From: Deltaproteobacteria bacterium
GTDB lineage: Bacteria > Desulfobacterota > DSM-4660 > Desulfatiglandales > Desulfatiglandaceae
Direction of reading: 5' to 3'
Assembly (NCBI GenBank): GCA_029933075.1
Contig: JAOZOW010000006.1
Span: forward strand, 1,080 to 65,079
DNA length: 64,000 bases
Every line of letters begins with the position of its first letter. The first letter of the stretch is position 1. The translations under genes were made by a program, and so were the position numbers. This document shows positions 1 through 10,938 of the stretch, in pieces. The notes beneath the pieces are model-generated. The model did no database searches, was not told the origin of the DNA, and saw only the letters and a list, made by a program, of their open reading frames with translations.

Positions 1-52
1 GGTCTCTATCCAGCATGACCCTTGTATCTCGTATAATGTGAATCTTACCCAT
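1..52 (-). CDS. 5' end of a gene running off the left edge; possible ORF6N/KilA-N-type DNA-binding protein
   Basis: ATG at 50-52 (minus) is preceded by a GGAAAGGA purine run. The 17 visible codons, MGKIHIIRDTRVMLDRD, resemble the I-R-x-x-x-VMLD-x-D start of ORF6N-domain proteins. Too short to be sure. Confidence 0.3.
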   Translation of the reverse strand, partial: MGKIHIIRDTRVMLDRD

Positions 53-301
53 GATCCTTTCCATTGGCACAATATCCGGCATCTTTAAGCTCCCATGTTG
101 CGGTAAGTAAACAATGTGGTTGGGCGCCCACAAAACCATAAAAATATTATATCCAGCCCAAGACCCCTTTCTCTTATCATCTCCCCGGCCCGTTGAAGGC
201 AAAAAGGAGGGGGCTTCGGTCCTGATGCCGCACCCTTTTCATTCCCTGTTCCGCCGTCCTTTTGGCAACCATTCTATCTTACTTCCAATCCCGCCACAGG
301 A

Positions 302-334
302 GAAAACCCGCTCCGTGCTCAATGAAGCGGGTTT
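302..334 (-). terminator. Candidate intrinsic terminator, about 190 nt downstream of the nitroreductase gene
   Basis: 9-bp stem AAACCCGCT (304-312) pairs with AGCGGGTTT (326-334). On the minus strand the stem runs into TTTTCTCC. Confidence 0.35.
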
Positions 335-519
335 CCATACAGTCAATCCATTGTTCCCTCCCAAAAAAGATTAAAAGCACTATTAAGAAAATTTGGGTAA
401 AATTATATAAAATTAGTTCATTAGTCAAGGAAAACTCGAAGATGCGGGCAGTCAGGGCCGAGACAGACCCGTGTCTGCCCGGGAGGAGAGAAGAACAGCA
501 GGGGAAGTGGGTGTGACGG

Positions 520-1071
520 CTATGATGCGATAAACGTCTCGTGATGGATGAATTCATCCATGCCCCGGCGCTTCGGGGCCGAAGATTCATGGGCGGGATA
601 GCCCAGAGGAATCAGGGCCACCACCTCATATCCTTCAGGGACCTTTAACAGTGCCTTTGCCTTTTCATGATCAAACAAGCCTGCAATAACGGTCCCCAGT
701 CCAAGGGCATGGGCGGTCAGACATAGGTTTTGCACGGCGATTCCCAGGTCGAACATGAACCAGTCGCCAAATTTGGTGGTAGGCTGCCCCATATAGAATC
801 CCGAGCTTTCCAGCTTGCCGCACAGGGCTATCACCACCGGGGCCTCGAGGAGGGCCTTGCGGGCAGGATTGATCGTGGGCATGATCTCCTGGAGTTTCGC
901 TTTGTTCCCCTTGTCTCTGATAACGATCAGTTCCCAGCACTGGGTGTTGTTCCACGAGGGGGCCCAGCGGACCGATTCGAGGACCTGGGTCAGCGCTTCC
1001 TCCGGTATCGGGTCTTCCCTGTATCTCCTGATGCTTCGCCTGCCTTTTATTATCTGCATCAGATCCTGCAT
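520..1071 (-). CDS. Nitroreductase-family flavoprotein
   Basis: 183-aa ORF. The N-terminal IKGRRSIRRY motif and the size are typical of the NAD(P)H nitroreductase fold. Confidence 0.8.
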   Translation of the reverse strand: MQDLMQIIKGRRSIRRYREDPIPEEALTQVLESVRWAPSWNNTQCWELIVIRDKGNKAKLQEIMPTINPARKALLEAPVVIALCGKLESSGFYMGQPTTKFGDWFMFDLGIAVQNLCLTAHALGLGTVIAGLFDHEKAKALLKVPEGYEVVALIPLGYPAHESSAPKRRGMDEFIHHETFIAS

Positions 1072-1351
1072 GACCTTCCTCCTGTTCCAATGTTCGGCAT
1101 TCGGGGTATTTGGTGATTTAGGGCATAACAGGGCGAAACAAAATAATACAGAAAAAACAGGCCGTGAGCAAGGCTGTGTCAGGGTGGCTCCCCCGAAGAG
1201 ATAGGATCAGACACGGGATCGCCGCGCCCCTGTTCAGCGTATGGGCTTGGGCCTGCCGGATGAAGGCGATTGACATGCTCCCCACTTTGGGATAACAGAA
1301 ATTGCAGCAGTCATTCCGGTCTCTACAATAACCTTTTTGCCCTGGAGCTGA

Positions 1352-2650
<1,299 letters not shown>

Positions 2651-2743
2651 TGGGAGAAACAGGTCCCCGGAGGAACACAGTTTCGGGCAGATGCATTCCA
2701 GACCTTGAGATCCACCCACCTTCTTGCTGTCAGCCATTCCACC

Positions 2744-4630
2744 ATGCCAACTTGCGACAAAGAATATGATGTGATTGTTGTGGGCGCGGGGCATGCCGGA
2801 TGCGAGGCGGCCTTGGCCGCGGCCAGAATGGGGCATCCTACGCTCCTGCTCACCATCAACCTGGATCATGTGGCCGCCATGAGCTGCAATCCGGCCATCG
2901 GGGGGCTGGCCAAAGGACACCTGGTGAAGGAGATAGACGCCTTGGGCGGAGAAATGGCCAGGATCGCCGACCAGACAGGTATCCAGTTCAGGCGGCTCAA
3001 CACTCGGAAAGGCCTGGCGGTCCAGGGATCAAGGTCCCAGAACGACAGGGATCTCTATCGCAAACGGATGAAGTCGGTGGTGGAGTCCCAGCCCAACCTG
3101 GACCTGCGGCAGGCAATGGTGGAGCGGCTCCTCGTAAAGGATGGAAAGGTCTATGGCGTTGAAACGCATATCCATGAAAGATTCATGGGAAAGGCCGTGA
3201 TCCTCACGAGCGGGACCTTCATGCGGGGACTAATTCATATAGGGCTTGACCATTTCCCTGCAGGCCGCATGGGGGACCCCCCATCGGTCCATCTGTCAGA
3301 GCAGCTCGAGGAGCTCGGCTTTGAGCTGGGGAGGCTCAAGACGGGCACAACGCCCCGCCTCAATGGCAGGACCATTGATTATGATGGCCTGGAGGTCCAG
3401 GAGGGGGACAAGAATCCCAGGCCTTTCTCTTTTACCACCAAGACCATTCCCCTTCCCCAGGTCTGCTGCCATATCACATATACCAATCAGCAAACCCATG
3501 AGGCCATCCGGGAAGGCCTGGACCGCTCTCCGCTTTACAGCGGAATTATCAAGGGCACGGGGGCGAGATATTGCCCCTCCATAGAGGACAAAGTGGTGCG
3601 TTTTGCGGAAAAGGAGCGGCACCAGATATTTCTCGAGCCCGAAGGCCTTGACACGATTGAAGTCTATCCGAACGGCCTGGCTACCAGCCTGCCCATTGAT
3701 ATCCAGGTCAAGATGGTTCGCTCAATCCCTGGGCTGGAAAGGGCTGAGATCCTGAGGCCAGGCTATGCCATCGAATATGATTACATTGACCCTGTCCAGC
3801 TCCTCCCCACTCAGGAGACCAAGCTGGTGGAGGGGCTTTACCATGCGGGGCAGATCAATGGCACCTCCGGTTACGAGGAGGCGGCAGCCCAGGGCCTCAT
3901 GGCAGGCATCAATGCGGTGTTGAAAATCCGGGGGGAGGAGCCCCTTATCCTCTCCCGCTCCCAGGCATATACGGGCGTGCTCATTGACGACCTGGTCACC
4001 AAAGGTACCAAGGAACCCTACCGAATGTTCACTTCCAGGGCTGAATACAGGCTGCTGCTCAGGGAGGACAATGCCGATTTCAGACTGAGGGACATCGGGT
4101 ACAGGATAGGGCTGGTATCCGAGGAGGTTTATAGAGAGTTCTGTCAAAAAAGGGAGCGGGTGGAGCATATCCTGGCCAGGCTGAAGCAATCCCAACTGCG
4201 CCCCGCACCCGGAGTGCAGGATCGGTTGAAGGAGATCGGGACCTCTCCCATCAAGAATCTTACATCGCTGGAACAGTTATTGAGGCGTAATGATGTATTG
4301 TTTGAGCATCTTCATCTGTTCGATCCGGAACTGGCAGGCACGGACCTCCAGGTGGCCGACGAGGTGGAGACACGCATCAAGTACGCAGGATATATTGACC
4401 GGCAGGAGCGGCAGGTGGCCCGGCTCAAGCGCATGGAGGATGTGAGGATCCCCCAACAGATAGACTACGATGCCATTCACGGCCTCACAGCAGAGGCGAG
4501 GGAAAAGCTGAACAGGGTGAGGCCCGTTTCATTAGGCCAGGCGTCCAGGATCTCCGGTGTGACCCCTGCGGCCATCATGGCCATCCAGGTCCATCTGAAA
4601 AGGTTGGGGGTGTATGGGGATTCGCCGTGA
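2744..4630 (+). CDS. mnmG: tRNA uridine-5-carboxymethylaminomethyl modification enzyme MnmG/GidA
   Basis: [26 protein letters not shown] motif and full-length GidA-like sequence. I prefer ATG 2744 over the TTG at 2705 given in the ORF track. Confidence 0.95.
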   Translation: MPTCDKEYDVIVVGAGHAGCEAALAAARMGHPTLLLTINLDHVAAMSCNPAIGGLAKGHLVKEIDALGGEMARIADQTGIQFRRLNTRKGLAVQGSRSQNDRDLYRKRMKSVVESQPNLDLRQAMVERLLVKDGKVYGVETHIHERFMGKAVILTSGTFMRGLIHIGLDHFPAGRMGDPPSVHLSEQLEELGFELGRLKTGTTPRLNGRTIDYDGLEVQEGDKNPRPFSFTTKTIPLPQVCCHITYTNQQTHEAIREGLDRSPLYSGIIKGTGARYCPSIEDKVVRFAEKERHQIFLEPEGLDTIEVYPNGLATSLPIDIQVKMVRSIPGLERAEILRPGYAIEYDYIDPVQLLPTQETKLVEGLYHAGQINGTSGYEEAAAQGLMAGINAVLKIRGEEPLILSRSQAYTGVLIDDLVTKGTKEPYRMFTSRAEYRLLLREDNADFRLRDIGYRIGLVSEEVYREFCQKRERVEHILARLKQSQLRPAPGVQDRLKEIGTSPIKNLTSLEQLLRRNDVLFEHLHLFDPELAGTDLQVADEVETRIKYAGYIDRQERQVARLKRMEDVRIPQQIDYDAIHGLTAEAREKLNRVRPVSLGQASRISGVTPAAIMAIQVHLKRLGVYGDSP

Positions 4631-4753
4631 CATTTGCCTCTCAAAAACGGTTCTTCGGGAAGGAGGAGGGGGATGTCTTCCTCAGAAGGTAAGGGAAAGG
4701 GCAAAGGCGTAAGGCTCAATGGCCATGGTCAGGGGAGAAAGCAGGGGCTTGCC

Positions 4754-6007
4754 ATGAATAGGCCTCAATGGATTCTATGGATAGCTGCCGTGCTCTTGGG
4801 TCTGGCTGCCCTCGGGGTGTGGGGATGCGGAGACAACACGGGGGATAGCGGCCGTGAGAAGCCGAGGAAAACGAAGGTGAGAAAGGTGGAGGTCAGGCCT
4901 GTAGGGGCCATGTCGGCTGCCGGGAATATCGAGTATGTGGGAGTGTTGGCGGCACGGAAAAAGGTCTCCGTCTCCAGCGAGACGGGGGGCACCGTGGAGA
5001 GGATTTATTTTGAAAAAGGGGACCATGTAAAAAAAGGGCAGGTCCTTGCGGAGATCAGTGCCAGCACCGTGCGCCTCAAGGTAAGGGAGGCAAAGGCGGC
5101 CGTGGAAGCGGCCAGGCAGTACCTGGAGAAACTGGAGGTGGGGAGCAGACCCGAAGAGATCCAAATGGCTGAGGCAGCCTTCAGGGAGGCCGAGGCCGCG
5201 CAGCAAGAAGCGGAGAAAAACTTCAAGAGGATCAAGGAGCTTTTCTCACGCAAGGTGGCCTCTCAGAGGGAATACGATGCTGCCGAAAGGATGGTTGAGA
5301 CGGCCCGCGCAAGGCTGGAGGCTGCAGCACAGCGGCTGTCCCTTGCAAGACAGGGGCCCCGGGCTGAAGATCGGCAGGCGGCCCGCGCAAGGCTGGATCA
5401 GGCCCTGGCAGGGCTGGCCTTAGCAGAGGACAGGTTGGAGAAATCAATCCTGCGCTCGCCCTGCAACGGGGTTGTCGCCTTCAGGGAGGTGGAGCAGGGA
5501 GAGGTCATCGTGGTGCCTCCTGCCAAGGTCATCACCCAGGTGGTGGATCGGAGCACCATGAAGATCAGACTGTCCATCGCCGAAAAAGATATCCATATGC
5601 TGAGGGAACAAAAGCGGTTTCCTTTCACCGTGGATGCCATCCCCGGGAGCACCTTCTTCTGCACCCTGACCTTTATTTCCCCCGTCGGAGACCCCCTTAT
5701 GCACTCATTTCCCGTGGAGCTGGCGGTGGAGAAGCCCGATCCGCGCATGGCAGACGGAATGACGGTGCGTGTGAGCTTGCCTGTGGAGGATGATAAAAAA
5801 GCCATCAAAGTCCCTTCCTCCTGGCTTTCCGAGGAGAATGGCAAGCTGGGCCTTTTCGTGGTGGAGGAGGGGAGGGCGCGTTTCAGGAAAGTCACCCTCG
5901 GCACTTACTACGGCCAGATGGTGGAAATCGTATCGGGCCTGAATGTCAAAGACCTGGTGATCACGGATCCATCCGGGCTCCACAGCGGGGATCCGGTGGA
6001 ATATTAA
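4754..6007 (+). CDS. RND efflux periplasmic adaptor (HlyD/MFP family), probable lipoprotein
   Basis: MNRPQWILWIAAVLLGLAALGVWGCG is a signal peptide with a lipobox-like Cys. It is followed by a long coiled-coil (EAKAAVEAARQYLEKLE...) and a beta-barrel region. Start chosen at ATG 4754; the upstream GKGKGKG stretch looks non-coding. Confidence 0.85.
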   Translation: MNRPQWILWIAAVLLGLAALGVWGCGDNTGDSGREKPRKTKVRKVEVRPVGAMSAAGNIEYVGVLAARKKVSVSSETGGTVERIYFEKGDHVKKGQVLAEISASTVRLKVREAKAAVEAARQYLEKLEVGSRPEEIQMAEAAFREAEAAQQEAEKNFKRIKELFSRKVASQREYDAAERMVETARARLEAAAQRLSLARQGPRAEDRQAARARLDQALAGLALAEDRLEKSILRSPCNGVVAFREVEQGEVIVVPPAKVITQVVDRSTMKIRLSIAEKDIHMLREQKRFPFTVDAIPGSTFFCTLTFISPVGDPLMHSFPVELAVEKPDPRMADGMTVRVSLPVEDDKKAIKVPSSWLSEENGKLGLFVVEEGRARFRKVTLGTYYGQMVEIVSGLNVKDLVITDPSGLHSGDPVEY

Positions 6008-6012
6008 CCGAA

Positions 6013-9000
6013 ATGTTTTTTACCAGATTCGGCATAAATAGACCTATCATCGTCCGAATGACGTTGATGCTGATCCTGATTTTGGGCATCTACTGCTACA
6101 GGGCCATGCCGCGCTATCTGGACCCGGATCTTACCGTCGGAGAGGCCATGGTCATCACCATATGTCCGGGCTTCTCACCGGAGGAGATGGAGAAGTTGGT
6201 GACAAAAAAGATAGAGGATGAGCTCCAGGGAATTTCCCAGATCAGGCGGTTCGAATCCCAGTCTTTTGAAAGCACTTCCAAGGTTCATATCTATTTCCAG
6301 ACCCATCTTTCAGAGTATGAGATCGACCAGGCTATGCAGGAAGTCCGGAATGCCGTTGACCGGGTGGATGATCTGCCGGATGAGGCAAAGGTCCCCCGGG
6401 TGCTGGAGATCGATATTGCGCTTTTCCCTGTATGCATGGTGGGACTTTACGGTGAACTCCCCATGATGCAGCTCCAGGATGTGGCAAGGGATGTGGCGGA
6501 CACCCTGGAGAATATTAACGGCGTGTCCACGGTGAAAATATATGGCGAGAGGGAAAACGAGATCTGGATCGAACTCAATCCGCGCCGGATGTCAGCCTAT
6601 GGAATATCCGTTGCGGACGTTGCCGGAGCCCTGGCCAATCGCTCCAGGAACCTTCCGGGCGGCACCCTGGAAATGGGCCATCATGAAACGGCCATCAGGA
6701 TGTTAGGTGAACCGTATGACCCCGAAGAACTCTCCCGTGTGGTCCTCAAGAGCGTCAATGGCGCAACAGTCTATCTTGGAGATATCGCCAGGGTCAGACC
6801 GGCGCTCGAGAAGGCCCGCACCTTCACTTTCATTGATAAAAAGAACGCCCTGGTGCTCGGAGTGAAACGCAAGCGGAACACCAACATGATCCGGATAGTG
6901 GATGATGTGAGGGCGTTGACGAAGGACATTGAGGCCCAGTATCCCGGCCTTCATACCACTATCTACTTCGATCAATCCCAGGAGATCAGGAAGCGGATAA
7001 GAGAGCTTCAGACCAACGCGCTGCTGGGGATCATGGCCGTATTCCTGATATTGTGGATTTCCATGGGCATCCGCAACGCCATCTATGCCTCCATCGGGAT
7101 ACCCGTCTCCTTCCTGCTGACGTTCATATTTATGCGGATATTTAACCTCTCCATTGACGGGGTCACCCTGTTCGGCCTCATCCTCGTGTTAGGGATTATT
7201 GTGGATGACGCGATCGTGGTCTTGGAAAATGTATTCAGGTATATTGAAGCAGGAGTGCCGCTTTCAGAGGCGGTGATCGGGGGAAGCAGGGAGGTGCTGG
7301 CCCCTGTCCTGGCATCGGTGTCCACCAATATGGCGGCCTTTTTCCCTCTGCTTTTCATGATAAGCGGCGTCATGGGGAGGTATCTTTCCATACTTCCCAA
7401 GGTAGTCCTTTTCGCCCTTTCGGCATCGCTCTTTGAGGTCTTTTTTATGCTCCCCTCCCACGTGGTGGAGTTGACCCCGAAAAGGGCGCTTGAGAATGCG
7501 ACGGCCACTAAGGGGTCCGATGTGTTCGCCCCTATCCGCAGGATCTATTATCCATATTTACGGATAATCCTCCGGCACCGTTATATCTCGGTAGTGGTGA
7601 TTGTGCTATCGACCATCCTTGCCTTCTTCCTGTATTTCCAGACCGATTTTGAACTCTTTCCTAAATCCGATGCCTTCCCGCGGTTCAATATCCATTTCGA
7701 TCTGCCCGTGGGCTCCACCCTGGATCGATCCAGAGATGTTCTTATGGATTTGACCGATCTGGTCAGGGAGCGGATCGGGGACGATCTGGATGCGCCCATA
7801 GCCATTGCAGGCATGAAGGAGGTCAATTACGAGCCGATCTACGGAACCCATTACGGTCAGTTGAACGTGATCCTGAAGGAACGAGGACAGAGGCGGCACA
7901 GCGTGCTGGAGCTTATGGAAGGTATAAGAGAAGAGGTCACTCAGCTTCTCCGGTCACGCGGGGCCACGGCCGTGGTGCTGGAAAGGCTGCTGGAAGGCCC
8001 TCCAGTGGGCACGGACCTGGATCTCAAGATACAGTCCCAGGATTGGGAGACGTCAGCCGCCATCTCCAGGCTTATCCAGAAGGAGCTTTCCAGGCACAGG
8101 GGAATAGTTGACATCCGGGACAACTTTTCGAGAGAAAAACAGTTCATGGAAATTACCGTTGATGAACCCAAGGCAAAGAGGCTGGGAATAGACCAGGCAT
8201 ATCTGGTGATGGCGGTTCAGGCGGCCTTCTATGGTCTGAAGGTGGGCACCTACCACCACGGAGATGAAGAGCAGGATGTGAGGCTCAAATATCTGCCACA
8301 GTACAGACGGGACTTTGATGACCTCATGAATCTCAAGATCTCGGTAAAAGGGCATGGCGTGGTCCCTCTGAAGGAGGTGGCAAGTATCGACATGAAGCCC
8401 GGTTTTCACAATATCTATCATTACAACGGCAAGCCCACAGTCCGGCTGACGGCCAATGTCCAGGGCATCCAGGACAAAAGAAAAGGGATCAGGGGATTTC
8501 TTTCAAACCTCATGGGGGAGAAGATGACCCCCGTCAAGGCCAACGGCATTGCAAGGCAGTATTTCGACAGCATCAAGGCGGGGTATGCCGGGGCGAGGAT
8601 GATTGCAGGCGGTCTACAGGATGAGACGCGGACCTCTCTGAGGGAGCTGCGCAATGCGGGCATACTGGCCCTCTTCCTCATATTTTTTATCCTGGCCCTT
8701 CAATTCAATTCTTTCACTCAACCGTTCATCATCATGGTAACCATTCCTTTTGTGACTTTGGGGGTGATAATAGGTCTTCTGGTCAGCAACAATCCCCTGA
8801 CCTTTGTGACGCTTATCGGGCTTTTGACGCTGTCAGGGATCGTGGTAAATGATTCCCTTGTGCTCATAGATTTCATAAACCGATACTGGAAGGACCATCC
8901 CAAGCAGCTCTATTTGGCCATTATCAGGGGATGCCATGTGCGTATGCGCCCCATCATACTTACATCCATGACCACTATTTTCGGCCTTGCACCCATGGCA

Positions 9001-9240
9001 TTCGGTCTCGGTGGGAAATCCCCTTTCTGGGCGCCGCTGGCCACCGCGATCATGTGGGGATTAGCCTTTTCCACCCTTCTCATCCTTACGATGGTTCCGG
9101 CCTACTATGCTATACTTCAGGATGTCGGATATGTGATCAGGCACAGGAGGAGGCGCAAGGCCGAGACGTTGAAGGAAATCGAGGAGGCATTTACCTACAA
9201 AGAACTGGAACCTTATTTAAAACCGCGAGATCAGCTTTAG
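6013..9240 (+). CDS. RND-family efflux transporter permease (AcrB/HAE-type)
   Basis: 1075 aa with a 12-TM architecture and two large periplasmic loops. It lies immediately downstream of the adaptor gene. Confidence 0.9.
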   Translation: MFFTRFGINRPIIVRMTLMLILILGIYCYRAMPRYLDPDLTVGEAMVITICPGFSPEEMEKLVTKKIEDELQGISQIRRFESQSFESTSKVHIYFQTHLSEYEIDQAMQEVRNAVDRVDDLPDEAKVPRVLEIDIALFPVCMVGLYGELPMMQLQDVARDVADTLENINGVSTVKIYGERENEIWIELNPRRMSAYGISVADVAGALANRSRNLPGGTLEMGHHETAIRMLGEPYDPEELSRVVLKSVNGATVYLGDIARVRPALEKARTFTFIDKKNALVLGVKRKRNTNMIRIVDDVRALTKDIEAQYPGLHTTIYFDQSQEIRKRIRELQTNALLGIMAVFLILWISMGIRNAIYASIGIPVSFLLTFIFMRIFNLSIDGVTLFGLILVLGIIVDDAIVVLENVFRYIEAGVPLSEAVIGGSREVLAPVLASVSTNMAAFFPLLFMISGVMGRYLSILPKVVLFALSASLFEVFFMLPSHVVELTPKRALENATATKGSDVFAPIRRIYYPYLRIILRHRYISVVVIVLSTILAFFLYFQTDFELFPKSDAFPRFNIHFDLPVGSTLDRSRDVLMDLTDLVRERIGDDLDAPIAIAGMKEVNYEPIYGTHYGQLNVILKERGQRRHSVLELMEGIREEVTQLLRSRGATAVVLERLLEGPPVGTDLDLKIQSQDWETSAAISRLIQKELSRHRGIVDIRDNFSREKQFMEITVDEPKAKRLGIDQAYLVMAVQAAFYGLKVGTYHHGDEEQDVRLKYLPQYRRDFDDLMNLKISVKGHGVVPLKEVASIDMKPGFHNIYHYNGKPTVRLTANVQGIQDKRKGIRGFLSNLMGEKMTPVKANGIARQYFDSIKAGYAGARMIAGGLQDETRTSLRELRNAGILALFLIFFILALQFNSFTQPFIIMVTIPFVTLGVIIGLLVSNNPLTFVTLIGLLTLSGIVVNDSLVLIDFINRYWKDHPKQLYLAIIRGCHVRMRPIILTSMTTIFGLAPMAFGLGGKSPFWAPLATAIMWGLAFSTLLILTMVPAYYAILQDVGYVIRHRRRRKAETLKEIEEAFTYKELEPYLKPRDQL

Positions 9241-9257
9241 GAAGAAAGGATCAGGGT

Positions 9258-9551
9258 ATGAGTAAACTGATAGGGAAAGATCAATGGGTTTGGGTGGTGG
9301 TTCAGGACCCGGGGGGCGATGAGCAGTTCTTAGGACAGTATGACCAGGAGAAGGATGAGAGCTTTATTCCCTTGTTCCTTGAAAAGGATGAGGCACAGCA
9401 GGCCCTCGACCGTCTCCAGCGAAAGGAGGGCTCAGAGTATGAGGTCCAGGCCATAGAGTTCGGAGAACTGCGCCGGAGCGCGGCGGAAAATCGCTTCATG
9501 CTCTTTGTATTAGATGGAGCGGGAGCAATACTTGAAAAGATCAGACCCTGA
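9258..9551 (+). CDS. Small conserved-looking hypothetical protein (97 aa)
   Basis: ATG 9258 lies 18 nt after the RND stop. Sequence begins MSKLIGKDQWVWVVVQDPGGDEQFLGQYDQEKDESFIPLFLEKDEAQQA... No motif I can assign firmly. Confidence 0.5.
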   Translation: MSKLIGKDQWVWVVVQDPGGDEQFLGQYDQEKDESFIPLFLEKDEAQQALDRLQRKEGSEYEVQAIEFGELRRSAAENRFMLFVLDGAGAILEKIRP

Positions 9552-9574
9552 ATGCCGCATTTAAGGGAGAGGAA

Positions 9575-10102
9575 ATGCACATGGATGAAGACAAGGCAAT
9601 GGAAGATGAAAGGCCCCAAGTTATGGAATACAAGTTCAAGCCTATCGGCGTTATCAGGAGCAAGTATCGTTCCAAGGGGGGTGTGCCCATCCAGGGGATC
9701 TTTGGGCCGGATTCAAAGGGAAGGGCGGAGATCTTTGAAGAGTATGAAGCAGGTTTGAAGGACATTGAGGGTTTTTCCCATATCATCCTGATCTATGTGT
9801 TTCATCGCTCGGAGGGGTATGAGCTGGTCTGCCGGCCTTACATGGAGGATAAGCTCCACGGGGTTTTCGCCATCCGTGCACCACGGCGCCCCAACCCCAT
9901 TGGATTTTCAGTAGTCCGTCTGGAAAAAAGGGAGGGCAGGGTCCTTTACCTCTCCGAGGTGGATATGCTCGATGGGACGCCGATCCTGGATATCAAGCCC
10001 TTTGCCCCCAGATTCGACCACAGGCCTGGGGCACGGGTGGGGTGGATGGAAGGCTCTTTCAGGGACAAAGATCACAGGAAGGTTTCCGATGACAGGTTTT
10101 GA
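9575..10102 (+). CDS. trmO: tRNA (N6-threonylcarbamoyladenosine-N6)-methyltransferase TrmO/TsaA family
   Basis: FKPIGVIRS...FSHIILIYVFH...RRPNPIGFSVVRL...LDGTPILDIKPF are hallmark TsaA/YaeB motifs. AAGGGAGAGGAA RBS lies upstream. Confidence 0.85.
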   Translation: MHMDEDKAMEDERPQVMEYKFKPIGVIRSKYRSKGGVPIQGIFGPDSKGRAEIFEEYEAGLKDIEGFSHIILIYVFHRSEGYELVCRPYMEDKLHGVFAIRAPRRPNPIGFSVVRLEKREGRVLYLSEVDMLDGTPILDIKPFAPRFDHRPGARVGWMEGSFRDKDHRKVSDDRF

Positions 10103-10229
10103 GCGGGAATGGGAAGCGTGCAGTTTTTTGCTTCCGCAGCTTCAGAACGAGGGGGTGGGAGGGGAGTTAATTTTACGTAATCCTTTGCTATGTTTGAAGA
10201 AAATCGCATGAATGCGACGCATTTTTTCC

Positions 10230-10258
10230 TTGACACCCAACCACAATTTGACTATACA
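10230..10258 (+). promoter_or_regulatory. Candidate sigma70-type promoter for the RsbRD_N-dsrMKJOP unit
   Basis: TTGACA (10230-10235), 17-nt spacer, TATACA (10253-10258). A TTGAC-N7-GTCAA inverted repeat lies just downstream. Confidence 0.35.
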
Positions 10259-10365
10259 CCAGCATCGACATATTTGACTTAATCCGTCAACAATTTCAGA
10301 TCCTGAGCCTTACGGACTCGTAAGCCTGCTTTTAATGGCCCTTTCGAGGCCGCGGAAGATTTCTC

Positions 10366-10893
10366 ATGAATTTAAAAGATCTCCTTTCAGATAAGAGATC
10401 CAGCCTCATCAAGAAATGGCGCAACTTGCTCATTGAGAGCTATCCGGCGGGCACGCGTAGATTTTTGAAAAGCGAGAAGGACCAGTTTGCAAATCCGGTA
10501 GGTCATGTCATTTCAAAGGACATTGAGATACTTTTCGATGAGTTTGTCCATGACGGGGATATTGCCAAGATAACCGCCTCCCTTGAAAACATACTCCGGA
10601 TAAGGGCGGTCCAGGATATGAAGCCATCCCATGCCCTGGCATTCGTGCTTCAGTTCAAAGGGCTCATAAGGGAGGAACTGAAAAGGGGAAAACCTCTAAA
10701 TGGGCTGTCAGGGGAGCTGCAGGCCTTTGAGCGGAAGATTGACGACCTGGTGCTGCTGGCATTTGATGTGTATACTAACTGCCGACAAAGGCTTTACGAG
10801 ATACGGGTCAGGGAGGTGAAGGAACAGTACGGGAAGTTGCTGGAAAGGACGGGTGTCTTTTACAATATATCAGAGCAGGAACCATCTCCTTGA
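10366..10893 (+). CDS. RsbRD N-terminal-domain-like protein (putative regulator or accessory protein)
   Basis: 175 aa with W-x-LLIESYP...FLKSEKDQFANPVGH, which I recall as typical of RsbRD_N-domain proteins. Sits directly upstream of dsrM. Confidence 0.5.
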   Translation: MNLKDLLSDKRSSLIKKWRNLLIESYPAGTRRFLKSEKDQFANPVGHVISKDIEILFDEFVHDGDIAKITASLENILRIRAVQDMKPSHALAFVLQFKGLIREELKRGKPLNGLSGELQAFERKIDDLVLLAFDVYTNCRQRLYEIRVREVKEQYGKLLERTGVFYNISEQEPSP

Positions 10894-10938
10894 GATGACA
10901 ACGGGGACAGTCAGTTATTCGAAGCGAGGTAGGAGCCT

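Noticed and set aside
4634-4753. N-terminal extension of the adaptor ORF (MPLKNGSSGRRRGMSSSEGKGKGKG...)
   Set aside because: The stretch is low-complexity. A lipoprotein-type signal peptide begins at ATG 4754, so the extension is unlikely to be translated.
6248-6258. GGTTCGAATCC, a tRNA T-loop-like string
   Set aside because: It lies inside the RND permease CDS. The flanks cannot form a T-stem or acceptor stem, so it is not a tRNA.
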